A stretch of 64,000 nt of DNA from Bradymonadia bacterium (GTDB lineage: Bacteria > Myxococcota_A > Bradymonadia > UBA7976 > UBA1532), in the NCBI GenBank assembly GCA_046290225.1, contig JBKAGE010000038.1, forward strand, positions 160,001-224,000, written 5' to 3'. Below, piece after piece: positions 39,366 to 48,040 of this stretch. Under the pieces are notes generated by a model that worked only from the letters and a program-made list of their open reading frames with translations, was not told the origin of the DNA and ran no database searches. A program made the position numbers and the translations under genes. The first letter of the stretch is position 1. The number at the start of each line of letters is the position of its first letter.

Positions 39366-40595
39366 TCAGAAGAATCGAATCCCCAGCATCAGCGTGTGGG
39401 TGTCCACTTCGGTGTCCACGCTCAACGCTTCAGGCTGGTAGCGATAGCCCACGCTCAACATGCCAGAGCGAAAGTCCACGCCCAGCACCGGGCCAAAGCT
39501 CACCGAGGCGTTGTTGTCCCCCTCGAGGGGGTTCGTCGTGGTGCGCACGGTGACCGCGCAGGCCGCCATAGCGGGGTCGCATCCCGGGTCATCCGAATAC
39601 AGCGCAGGTCCCTGCGGATCGTGGGCATACGCCCTCAAGCGCGCGCCCACGGTGAAGTCGAGGTACATGGGGCCGAAGAGGTTCAGTTGATACCGGGGCT
39701 CGAGGCTCAGCGAGGCCCCGAGGAGCCGGGTGGAGACCACGCCTGGGCCACCGCCCTCCTCCAGAGGCTCGAGGGCGTAGAGCGACTGCTCTTGACCCGC
39801 GATCAGGCCCACACCGAAAGACACAGCATAGCGATCATTGAAGACGACCCCTGTCTCCAGCTCGAAGGTCCCCGCCCCTTCGCCGAGGGGCCCTTCGAAG
39901 TCGGTCCCGAAGCGGAGGCCGAGGATCGGGTTGACGGCGACAGGGCGCGCCTCAGGGGTGATCACGCCATAGCGAACCAGCCGCCCATCGGCGTCGGCGA
40001 GGGCCAGCAACCGCCCCTCGGCGTCGAGCACAGGTGTGGCAGGCTCGATCTCCGTGCCCACGCTCAAACGGCGCTGGCCCACGGCGGTCAGCCGCGTAGT
40101 CATCACCTCGACCTCGGTGGGGCCCACCTTCTCTTCGGGATAAGCCCACCCGGTGGCCTGCACTGCGTAGACTTTCTCATCCAGAGCCACTGCGGGCTCG
40201 TCGGCCCGTGCAGAGAGCGGCTTGCCTTCGAGGGGCTTCGACAGATGCATCACCAACAGGGGCACGTCGTAGTCCCGGGCCCGGACGATCTCCACCTTCT
40301 CGGTCTCCACCCACTCGGTGCCCCGAAAGCAGGTGATGTTCCGGCCATCGTCGTACCAGCGGCCCAACCACTTCGGTGCAGACGTAATCACCGTCTTGTT
40401 GTCGCCGATGAGCACACCGTCTCCGAACATCGACGTCGAGAAGCAACGCACATAGGCCTCGCTGGCGATGCGTTGCACCTGCGCGGCTTCTGAAGAGAGC
40501 GCCACAGTAGAGTCAGCGGTGGCCTCAGCGAAGGCTGTGGTGGTCAACAAGGTGAGGGTGAGCGCGCTTAACGGCAGCGCATGTGCACGTGACAT
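39366..40595 (-). CDS. Degenerate trypsin-like domain plus C-terminal outer-membrane beta-barrel (paralogue B)
   Basis: Signal peptide ending AFA. FGDGVLIGDNKTVITS, PATPVLDAEGRL. Ends LMLGIRFF (C-terminal Phe). Confidence 0.72.
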   Translation of the reverse strand: MSRAHALPLSALTLTLLTTTAFAEATADSTVALSSEAAQVQRIASEAYVRCFSTSMFGDGVLIGDNKTVITSAPKWLGRWYDDGRNITCFRGTEWVETEKVEIVRARDYDVPLLVMHLSKPLEGKPLSARADEPAVALDEKVYAVQATGWAYPEEKVGPTEVEVMTTRLTAVGQRRLSVGTEIEPATPVLDAEGRLLALADADGRLVRYGVITPEARPVAVNPILGLRFGTDFEGPLGEGAGTFELETGVVFNDRYAVSFGVGLIAGQEQSLYALEPLEEGGGPGVVSTRLLGASLSLEPRYQLNLFGPMYLDFTVGARLRAYAHDPQGPALYSDDPGCDPAMAACAVTVRTTTNPLEGDNNASVSFGPVLGVDFRSGMLSVGYRYQPEALSVDTEVDTHTLMLGIRFF

Positions 40596-40676
40596 CGTGT
40601 TTCTCCATGATGGGACTCACAGGAAGTCGTCCCGAGATCTCAGGTCATTCGTCATGAATTGGTCATGGCGCCCTTG

Positions 40677-40693
40677 AGCAGGGTCCGTGCCAG
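40677..40693 (-). promoter_or_regulatory. Sigma54 -24/-12 promoter
   Basis: Minus strand CTGGCACG-GACC-CTGCT. Confidence 0.65.
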
Positions 40694-40905
40694 AAGACGG
40701 CGTATTCAGTGCTTCGAGGGTCGGAATGGCCTCAGGTGCGAAAGAAAATACGCACTCAGCTTCACCACATCACTCGATGTACACCCAATGTGCACTCAGA
40801 GGACACCGCACGTATGTATGGAGACGGTGGGCCAGGTGCCACATCATCACAGTGTGGTGTGAAGGCACACACTCAAGAAGCTGCTGCACTCAGGCCACCT
40901 GCGCT

Positions 40906-42918
40906 TCAGGGTGTTTGTTGCTCAGCGGTGTCGCGCTCACCCGTGGGGGTGCGGAAGGTGGGATCTTCGTCAGGGAGCGGGCTGTTGAGGTTGGTGGTGC
41001 CCGGGGTGGCGATGATGATGTCGCGGTAGGCCGGCCTTACGTTCTCGCCGCCAGCGTCGCCCCGCGCTTCACCCCACGAGCGGGGATCCGCGCCATCAAA
41101 GACGCGCACACAGGGACCCTCGACGTCGGTGCACGGCGCCTGGGATCGGACCATGGAGTAGTTGCGGATCACCCCATCGGCGCCGGTGCGCCGGCCGCCG
41201 AAGAAGGGTGGGCCACCATCGCCAGCCCGATCCACGATGGTGCCCTTCCGATCGACGAGACGCAGCTCGAAGTCGGCGTTGCGCAGGTTCAAGCGCAAGA
41301 ACCGCTGATCGTTGGCCATGTTCATCACGAAGTCGGCCTTGTCGTAGGCTCCACCACGAGTGTTCGGGTAGAGGTCGTCGTAAGGCTGGGTGTTGTGGCC
41401 GAGCACGAGGAAACGCTCGTAGGGGCCGATGACCGTGCCCGGGTAGAAACCCACCACGAAGTCGTTCTGGGTGGTCAGAGTCCAGAGCGAGAGATCGATC
41501 ACCTGGTCGGTGGTGTTGAGCAGCTCGACGAACTCATCGTTGTCCACGACGCCGCGGCCGTTGGCCTCGGGATCGTCGCAGGGCACCGTAAGGCCAGCGA
41601 TGGTCCGGTGCAGGCAGTCGCCGTTGTAGCCGTCCCACATGATCTCGTTGATGATCACGTCGCCGACCTCGACGCCGTCGGGATCGCCCACGTAGTTGCC
41701 GCCGTAGTCCTTCCCGATGTTCCAGAGCACGTCGAAGTATTCGATGTACTCGCCGCCCACGCGCTCCCCCTTGAGCACCAGCAGGGTCTCGTCATTGGAG
41801 ACCGTGGCGCTTGAGGACCAGTTGAACGAGCCCGTGAGCACCACGGGCTGCTCGGTGCGGCCATCGATGATCATGGTCTTGGAGTGCTGGCGCCCACCGC
41901 CGGCCTGGTAGTCACCGGGGGTGCGGCTGTTGTCGTTGCCGTCGATGCGCAGATCGAGGCCGTTGGCCAGCAGACGGTAGATCTCGTGGTAGGGGCCATT
42001 GGAGTGCAACTGCGAGCGGTCGATCACCCCCCGAACGAACTTGCGCCGGTAGGGCTGCTCACAGGTGATCTCCTGATCGCAGATCGCCAGCTCTTCGGCG
42101 CTCAGCTGCGGGCGACGGCCAGGGCTGCAGCAGTCGTTGTACCGCTCGAACTCGTTATGCTTGGCGATGAGCGACGAGCCCACCTGATCTTTGGTGAAGG
42201 CGAAGATGAAGAACTCGATGGACTCCGTGGCCTCGTCGAGGCCCTGAAGAATCCGCCCCATGCAGTCATCCTGGGGAGAGAAGCAGGTCTCCACGACGGT
42301 GTCGCCCACCTGGAAGGTGTTCCCGTTGTCGATGATCTGCTTCCCGAAGCCAAAGCGCCCACTCATCATCTGGTCGAACTCGTCGGTGAAATCGGAGGCC
42401 ACCTGAGGCGAGTCGATGAAGGCCCAGTTGTTGTCGTTCCGGTTGAAGCCCGTGGTGGTGATGTTTCCGGTACCGGTGAGCACGAAGCGATCGTCGATGA
42501 CGAAGAACTTGTTGTGCATGATGTGGCTCTGGTTACCGATGGCCATGGGCACGTTGAGCCGGTCCATCTCGTGGTAACCGCTCACGGTGCCCCAGGCGTG
42601 ACGGGCGTCACCGACGAAGCGCAGCTCCACCCCTCTGAACCATGCCCGCACCAGAGCGTCGACGATGGTCTTCTTGCTGAAGCCCATGACGGCGAAGTCG
42701 ATCTTCGCCGTGGCCCGGTCGATCATCTGCACCAGGATGTCGTCCACGGGGGTGTTGATGCCGTCCTGCTCATTGCTCGAGGGGCGGTTGAAGTGGGTGG
42801 TGACCAGGGGGGACATGGCCCGGGCCTCGTCGGCGGCGTCGAGGGTCTGGCTGCACCCGCCAAGCCCTGCAGAGAGGCCCACCGCGCTCAAGAGCAACGC
42901 CGAAAGATGCTGTTTCAT
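40906..42918 (-). CDS. Phospholipase D-superfamily (Nuc-like) lipoprotein with two HKD motifs and C-terminal lamin-tail domain
   Basis: Lipobox GLGGC. HNKFFVIDDRFVLTGTGN and HSKTMIIDG..VLTGSFN. LTD VIINEIMWDG..DEFVELLN...TPGTTN. ATGA overlap with the upstream stop. Confidence 0.9.
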   Translation of the reverse strand: MKQHLSALLLSAVGLSAGLGGCSQTLDAADEARAMSPLVTTHFNRPSSNEQDGINTPVDDILVQMIDRATAKIDFAVMGFSKKTIVDALVRAWFRGVELRFVGDARHAWGTVSGYHEMDRLNVPMAIGNQSHIMHNKFFVIDDRFVLTGTGNITTTGFNRNDNNWAFIDSPQVASDFTDEFDQMMSGRFGFGKQIIDNGNTFQVGDTVVETCFSPQDDCMGRILQGLDEATESIEFFIFAFTKDQVGSSLIAKHNEFERYNDCCSPGRRPQLSAEELAICDQEITCEQPYRRKFVRGVIDRSQLHSNGPYHEIYRLLANGLDLRIDGNDNSRTPGDYQAGGGRQHSKTMIIDGRTEQPVVLTGSFNWSSSATVSNDETLLVLKGERVGGEYIEYFDVLWNIGKDYGGNYVGDPDGVEVGDVIINEIMWDGYNGDCLHRTIAGLTVPCDDPEANGRGVVDNDEFVELLNTTDQVIDLSLWTLTTQNDFVVGFYPGTVIGPYERFLVLGHNTQPYDDLYPNTRGGAYDKADFVMNMANDQRFLRLNLRNADFELRLVDRKGTIVDRAGDGGPPFFGGRRTGADGVIRNYSMVRSQAPCTDVEGPCVRVFDGADPRSWGEARGDAGGENVRPAYRDIIIATPGTTNLNSPLPDEDPTFRTPTGERDTAEQQTP

Positions 42919-44282
42919 CGGGCCTCCAGCAGGTTCAGGTACCACGAGACCGCGGCCTCGTAATCGCTCTGGCGACGCACCAGCGACTCGTGGAGCACCA
43001 ACAGGTTGCCGTCGGTGAAGAAGTCGCTGGGCAGGGCGTAGACCAGGTCATCGGCGAGATCGCGGCCAAAGGCCACCGTGGGCGCCAGCGGCTGCGACGA
43101 CACCATGACCTGACCGGGGTACTTCACCCCGTTCATCGGCGAAGGATCGACGTCGATGAGTATGGTGGTGCCCACCACCCCCTCGCGGACCGCCAACGAC
43201 GGCCTCAGCGTACGCCCCGTGGGGGCCACGCGGCCTTCGGCAGCCACCGCCTGGAACACCGCCGACAGATCACCGGCGAGGCTGACCTCCACACAGTCCG
43301 CTCTGGGCTCTCCCGTGTTGGGATCGTCACCACAGCAGAAGGCCGCGGTGCCCTCACAGGTGTTGTCCACGGGCCACGCCTCGGAGGCCGCCTCGGGGGC
43401 GAGGACCACCTGCACGTCGAAGCCTGCGGCGGCCTTGTAGGCCAGGGCCTCGAAGAGGCGAGGGTTGGAGAAGCTCTGGGCCACCACCCACACTGAGGAG
43501 CGCGCGCCATAGACCCGGTCGATGAGCTCCTTCGTCAGGGGCTCTTGCGGGCCGATGGACCACTCCACCACGCCGTCTTCCACAGGGTAGAAAGTGCGGA
43601 AGTTGCCGTCGGCGCCGAGGGGGGCGCCGAAGACCGTGAGGCTGGTGGAGAACGTGCCCCCGATCAGCTGGTTCAGGCTGTGACCCATGTCGCGGCCGAG
43701 GATCTCGCCCCGGCCCTGGGCCCCGAGCTGCCACATCGTTGAGTCAGGGCCCTGGAACCCACCCGTAAGGGAGATGAACCGGTACTGATCGACGAGCAGG
43801 AACCCGTGGGTCATGCGGTTGCTGTCGCCGGTGCGATCGACCTCGATGCCCGGCTGCGGTGACCAGAACTGCTGGCCGTCGCCGTAGGTGATGGGCACGC
43901 CGCCGGCTTCGAGCAGGGCAAAACCCACCTCGTCAGCGGTGTCGGCGTCGGCGGCCACCCGAACATCGACGCCGGCCTGGGCCTTGGCCACGAGGGCCTC
44001 GGCGATGGCCTCGCTGTTCAGGTGGGCCACGGCCATCTCGATCTTGTCTTCGGCGGTGTCGATGAGGGCCAGGGCCCGATCTTCGAACTGCGCCGGGGTG
44101 AGCACGCCGTCGGCGGGGGTGACCCCCGCAGGGGCTACGGTGACGGTGGCGAGCTTCTCGAAGTAGCTCGCCTCGCCGTCGATGGCCGCCGGATCACCGT
44201 CGAAGGGGGCCGGCATCGGATCGTCACCGCAGGCGGTGGCGAGGGCCAGGGCCGCGGGCATCACGAGGTGTGTGATCTTCAT
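42915..44282 (-). CDS. Catalytically degenerate PLD-fold lipoprotein
   Basis: Lipobox LATAC. LIDTAEDKIEMAV..IAEALV..GVDVRV and second repeat ARSSVWV..GFDVQV. HxK is replaced (MTHGFLLVD; VVGTTILID). Confidence 0.8.
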   Translation of the reverse strand: MKITHLVMPAALALATACGDDPMPAPFDGDPAAIDGEASYFEKLATVTVAPAGVTPADGVLTPAQFEDRALALIDTAEDKIEMAVAHLNSEAIAEALVAKAQAGVDVRVAADADTADEVGFALLEAGGVPITYGDGQQFWSPQPGIEVDRTGDSNRMTHGFLLVDQYRFISLTGGFQGPDSTMWQLGAQGRGEILGRDMGHSLNQLIGGTFSTSLTVFGAPLGADGNFRTFYPVEDGVVEWSIGPQEPLTKELIDRVYGARSSVWVVAQSFSNPRLFEALAYKAAAGFDVQVVLAPEAASEAWPVDNTCEGTAAFCCGDDPNTGEPRADCVEVSLAGDLSAVFQAVAAEGRVAPTGRTLRPSLAVREGVVGTTILIDVDPSPMNGVKYPGQVMVSSQPLAPTVAFGRDLADDLVYALPSDFFTDGNLLVLHESLVRRQSDYEAAVSWYLNLLEAR

Positions 44283-45136
44283 TGGAAATCCCCCGATGAC
44301 ACGAAGCCGCTGTAGTCGGGGCTGTTGGGCATACCCGGCGTGGCGAAGGTGAGCGGGCGGAACTCTTCGGCGATGCGGCGCCGGAGCGAGACATGAAGCG
44401 CCGCTGCCTCGGGATCAGGGCTCGGCAGCCCCGGGAACGGATCGTTGAGGGCGTAGCTGTGCCACGCCGCTTCGCGGTTGCCCCGGTTGTTGAAGATGAG
44501 CTGAATGCGCTCCATGGAGCGGGCGCTCACCAGGTCGTAGCCGCCGGCGAAGGGCCGCTTGCGCTCGTCGCCAGCGCCGTCGATGAGGCGCTCGTCGAGA
44601 TCCCGCAACGTGATGCTGAAGGGGGCCTCGGGCAGGGCGAGGCCCTCGATGAAGATGTCGGCGTCGGCGAAGGCCCCGTCGCGCTTGTTGGCGATGACCA
44701 GAAACTGGTTGGGCTCGATGGGCCGGTTGTCCTCCCGAGCAGGGATCACATAGGTCCGGGCCCAGGGCTTCTGGCGGCTGCCCCCTTCGGTGAGGCCGTC
44801 GCTGTCGTTCCCGGTCTCGATGGTGAGCAGCCAGCCGGTGACGAACATCGCCCGGTTGTGCTTGTTCTGTAGCTCGATGAAGTCGTCGTCCGGATCGTAG
44901 ACCCGGCTCGGTCGCGACATCGTGAGATCGCCCTTCACGCTGCCGGCCCAGTGGACCTCGGTGATTTGGAAGTTGCCGCGCTCCCCGTTGGACCGATAGT
45001 CGTCGGCGGCGGTGCCGGTGCGATAGCCCACCTGCTGGTTGCGCTCGTCGCGCTCCAAGCTGCCGCTGAGCTGATCACAGCCCGCCACGGCCACCGCCGA
45101 GGTCATGGCCAGGGTGATGAGGTGTGACGCCTTCAT
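44279..45136 (-). CDS. Lamin-tail-domain lipoprotein
   Basis: MKASHLITLAMTSAVAVAGC lipobox. FQITEVHWAG, DDFIELQN, GWLL, SMERI, ATPGMPNS. Confidence 0.85.
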   Translation of the reverse strand: MKASHLITLAMTSAVAVAGCDQLSGSLERDERNQQVGYRTGTAADDYRSNGERGNFQITEVHWAGSVKGDLTMSRPSRVYDPDDDFIELQNKHNRAMFVTGWLLTIETGNDSDGLTEGGSRQKPWARTYVIPAREDNRPIEPNQFLVIANKRDGAFADADIFIEGLALPEAPFSITLRDLDERLIDGAGDERKRPFAGGYDLVSARSMERIQLIFNNRGNREAAWHSYALNDPFPGLPSPDPEAAALHVSLRRRIAEEFRPLTFATPGMPNSPDYSGFVSSGDFQ

Positions 45137-46857
45137 CAGAAGGTCACCATGGCACCGGCTCGGCCGGCCCAGAAGGTCTCGGTGCCTCCGAGCATGGTCT
45201 GATCGCCAGCGGCGGCGGGGTCGATCTCGATCTCGTAGAACGCCCCAGGCATGAACAGACCAAGATCGGCATAGAGACGGAAGTTGGCGTCCACCTCGTA
45301 CCCTGCGGAGAGGTTGAACTCCTGACCAAGGGCCTTGCCGAAGCGCTCCTGAGCGGCCACCTGGGCCTTGGACACCCCGAAGGGCAGCTCGGGCAGGTCG
45401 GTGAGACCGGCGCCGAAGTTCACCTCGCTGCTGCTGGTGTCGGTGTAGAGCCAGGTGTCGGCCCGCAGGGTGAAGCCCCCAACGCGGGTGCCGGCGCCGA
45501 AGTGCAGGAACTCGGTCCCCGAGACGCGGAAGAGCTCGTTGGGCGAGGCGTCGACGCCGAAGGTGTCCAGGGCCGCCGAGGGGCGCCACACCGAGAGGCG
45601 GCCGATGGCGAAGCCACCGACGCGGTTGCCGCGGAAGCTCACGAAGCCCCGCTCGTACTCGAGGCCGTCGCTGCCGTACTTGGCCCCGTCGAAGTGATAG
45701 CCGTCGCCCTGCAGGAAGAAGATGAGATCGTCGCTGCTCTGGATCCGGGCCTGCACGCCGCCACCATATGCGTTGCCGCCGGTGTCGACGTCTCGGAGCA
45801 CGGGGTTCTGACGGTCGATGCCCTCGGAGCGGGCGAACTCACCATAGAACTGCAGCTCGGTGCCACCACCCAGGGGCAGCTGGTAGGCCACGCGGCCGCC
45901 CCCGAGGTGCTGGTAGTCACGGTCGCGGAAGTTGCCGTTCTTACCGCCGAAGCTGATGTCGGCGCCCGACTCCTCGATGGGGCCGCCGCCGATGCTGGCG
46001 TAGAAGTAGTAGGCCCGCAGATCGAGGCGGCCCTCGTCGCTGTTGCCGGTGTCGAAGTCGTAGACCGCGCCGGTGCGGTAGGTCACCGTCTCGCCCCGCA
46101 GGCCGAAGACCGTGTCGCTGCCGTCCTTGAAGGTGCGCACGCCGCTGATGGGCAGGTCGTTTGCGGCGTAGAAGTCGATGGCCATGATGCGCAGCGAGCC
46201 GGCCTTGCCGAGGCCCACGTCGAAGGTCAGGCCGTCCATGGTGCCCTCGAGCATGTACTCCTTGGGCACCCCGCCGATGCGGAAGGGCTGACGGCCGAAG
46301 CGGGCCGTGAGGTTGAAGTCGTCGCCCTCGATGAAGGTGTAGTCGAAGTTCAGGCGGAACACCTGCACCCCGCCGCCCACGCCGTTGCTGCGGCCGAGGC
46401 GGTCGTCGCGCCACAGCAGGTTGTACTTGAGCTGGGTGTCGAAGCGGAGCTTGGGGTTCACCCGATAGGCCAGCGATACCGCCACATCGGTGTAGCCCGT
46501 GTTGGTGCGATCGTCGCTGTAGAAGACCGCCTCGTCGTTGCGCTCGTCGAGGGCGCGGAAGTCGCGGTTCTCGAAGCCGATGACCTCGCTCGCCGAGACC
46601 ACCTTCACCACGGGCACCCCCACCTGCATGGGGGCGCTCTTCTGTTGGATCACCGTCTCCAACGGATCCTCGAGGAACCGGGCGCTCGTCGGCGGGGCGA
46701 TGCGGGTGTCGATTTGGGTCTCGGGGCCCGCCTCGATGACCACGTCCTCTTGATCCTGGGCCTGTGCCGAGGTGGGTGCCATGACACCACAGGCACCGAA
46801 GATGCCCCCCGTGAAGCCCACCGCCGTCCAGATACCGCGCTTACCGAAGTCTCTCAT
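45136..46857 (-). CDS. Outer-membrane beta-barrel (porin-like) protein
   Basis: Signal peptide ending AQA. Many amphipathic strands, RFGRQPF motif, C-terminal GAMVTF. No plug-sized N-terminal domain evident. Confidence 0.8.
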   Translation of the reverse strand: MRDFGKRGIWTAVGFTGGIFGACGVMAPTSAQAQDQEDVVIEAGPETQIDTRIAPPTSARFLEDPLETVIQQKSAPMQVGVPVVKVVSASEVIGFENRDFRALDERNDEAVFYSDDRTNTGYTDVAVSLAYRVNPKLRFDTQLKYNLLWRDDRLGRSNGVGGGVQVFRLNFDYTFIEGDDFNLTARFGRQPFRIGGVPKEYMLEGTMDGLTFDVGLGKAGSLRIMAIDFYAANDLPISGVRTFKDGSDTVFGLRGETVTYRTGAVYDFDTGNSDEGRLDLRAYYFYASIGGGPIEESGADISFGGKNGNFRDRDYQHLGGGRVAYQLPLGGGTELQFYGEFARSEGIDRQNPVLRDVDTGGNAYGGGVQARIQSSDDLIFFLQGDGYHFDGAKYGSDGLEYERGFVSFRGNRVGGFAIGRLSVWRPSAALDTFGVDASPNELFRVSGTEFLHFGAGTRVGGFTLRADTWLYTDTSSSEVNFGAGLTDLPELPFGVSKAQVAAQERFGKALGQEFNLSAGYEVDANFRLYADLGLFMPGAFYEIEIDPAAAGDQTMLGGTETFWAGRAGAMVTF

Positions 46858-46928
46858 CGCTCGCTCTTCTGCTCGGCGGGGCCGAGGCCTCAAGTGTGTT
46901 CGTTGAAGGTGTGTAGATTCGAAATGGC

Positions 46929-48038
46929 TCAGGGGATCACCCGGGGCTCACCGGGATCCGCGAGGACCTCCACCTGACCGAGCTGGATGATCCAAATCTC
47001 TCGACGGCGGAAACCCCAGACCACGGGGCCGGTCACCGAGACCTGGGACCCCACGGGCACCGTGAAGCCCCGGCGACCCAGCTCGGCGTCGGCGCTCGCC
47101 GACCAGCACTGCATCGTGAGCTCGGCAGCGTCGAAGTCGGTGGTGCGGCCGGTGCACAGCTCCGGGCAAATCGTGTCACCACAGAGCTCGTCTCCGCAGG
47201 CGGTGTTCTGGGTGCACGGCGTGCGACAGAAGCGCATGCAGACCGGATCAGGCTCCGGCGCGTCTACCGCCCGCGGCTCGATGGGCTCCGAAGAGAGCAC
47301 CATGTCGTTGAAGTTGTCGTTGGTGGGCTGCACGGCCACATAGCCCTGGATCCGCCGGACCTGCCCCATGTCCGCGTCGCCGAAGAGCCCCTGCTGCCAG
47401 GTGAAGAACACCGGGCGGAAGGGGCGCCCGTCGGGATCACGGGCAGGCTCGATGCGCTCGACGTCGGCGATGATCACCGCCCGATCCGTGGGCTGGCGGA
47501 ACAGCTGCCCCACCCCGCGGATGGTCATCCGTACGCGATCACCAAAGGTGTAGTCCGCCACCCGGCCATCTCTGAGCACCACCATGCCGCCCGTGTCGTC
47601 GGCGATGGCGTACACGCCGTAGTTGCGCTCGTCCTGACCGCAGACATCTACCTTGCGGTAGTAGCGTGGGTGCAAAGTGACCACCGCCTCCACGGTCATG
47701 GGCAACATATCGAGGGTGCGGCGCTCCTCTGAGCACGCCATGGGGGCCGGCTCATCGGCGCCGGTGTAGAGCACGAGGTTGGGCTGACCGCTCAAGTCAC
47801 CGGGCAACGCCGCGAGCAGATCGCCGAGGCCCGGCTGGCCATCAGCAGGGAGGCCATAACCTGCCGCCCGAGAGCCGTCGATGAAGGTCACCGGCTCTTG
47901 CACCGGCAGCGTCTCCACAGGCTCGTTCCAGATCTCGTCGGGGTTCACCCGGTCTTCGAGCTCACCGGCGCAGCCCACACAGGTCAGCGCGAGCACCCAC
48001 CCACCGAGAGACTTCAAGAGAGACGTGCGGCCGATCAT
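46929..48038 (-). CDS. Tandem OB-fold (DUF5689/YhcR-like) lipoprotein
   Basis: Lipobox CVGC. VEAVVT...AIADDTGGMVV...FGDRVRMTIRG. Second OB GSQVSVTGPV. Cys-rich insert. Confidence 0.7.
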   Translation of the reverse strand: MIGRTSLLKSLGGWVLALTCVGCAGELEDRVNPDEIWNEPVETLPVQEPVTFIDGSRAAGYGLPADGQPGLGDLLAALPGDLSGQPNLVLYTGADEPAPMACSEERRTLDMLPMTVEAVVTLHPRYYRKVDVCGQDERNYGVYAIADDTGGMVVLRDGRVADYTFGDRVRMTIRGVGQLFRQPTDRAVIIADVERIEPARDPDGRPFRPVFFTWQQGLFGDADMGQVRRIQGYVAVQPTNDNFNDMVLSSEPIEPRAVDAPEPDPVCMRFCRTPCTQNTACGDELCGDTICPELCTGRTTDFDAAELTMQCWSASADAELGRRGFTVPVGSQVSVTGPVVWGFRRREIWIIQLGQVEVLADPGEPRVIP

Positions 48039-48040
48039 GG

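Noticed and set aside
40906..44282. PLD genes as an anti-phage (Zorya/DISARM/restriction-type) defence system or cardiolipin synthase
   Set aside because: All components carry export signals or lipoboxes. There is no helicase, methylase or cls-type TM anchor.
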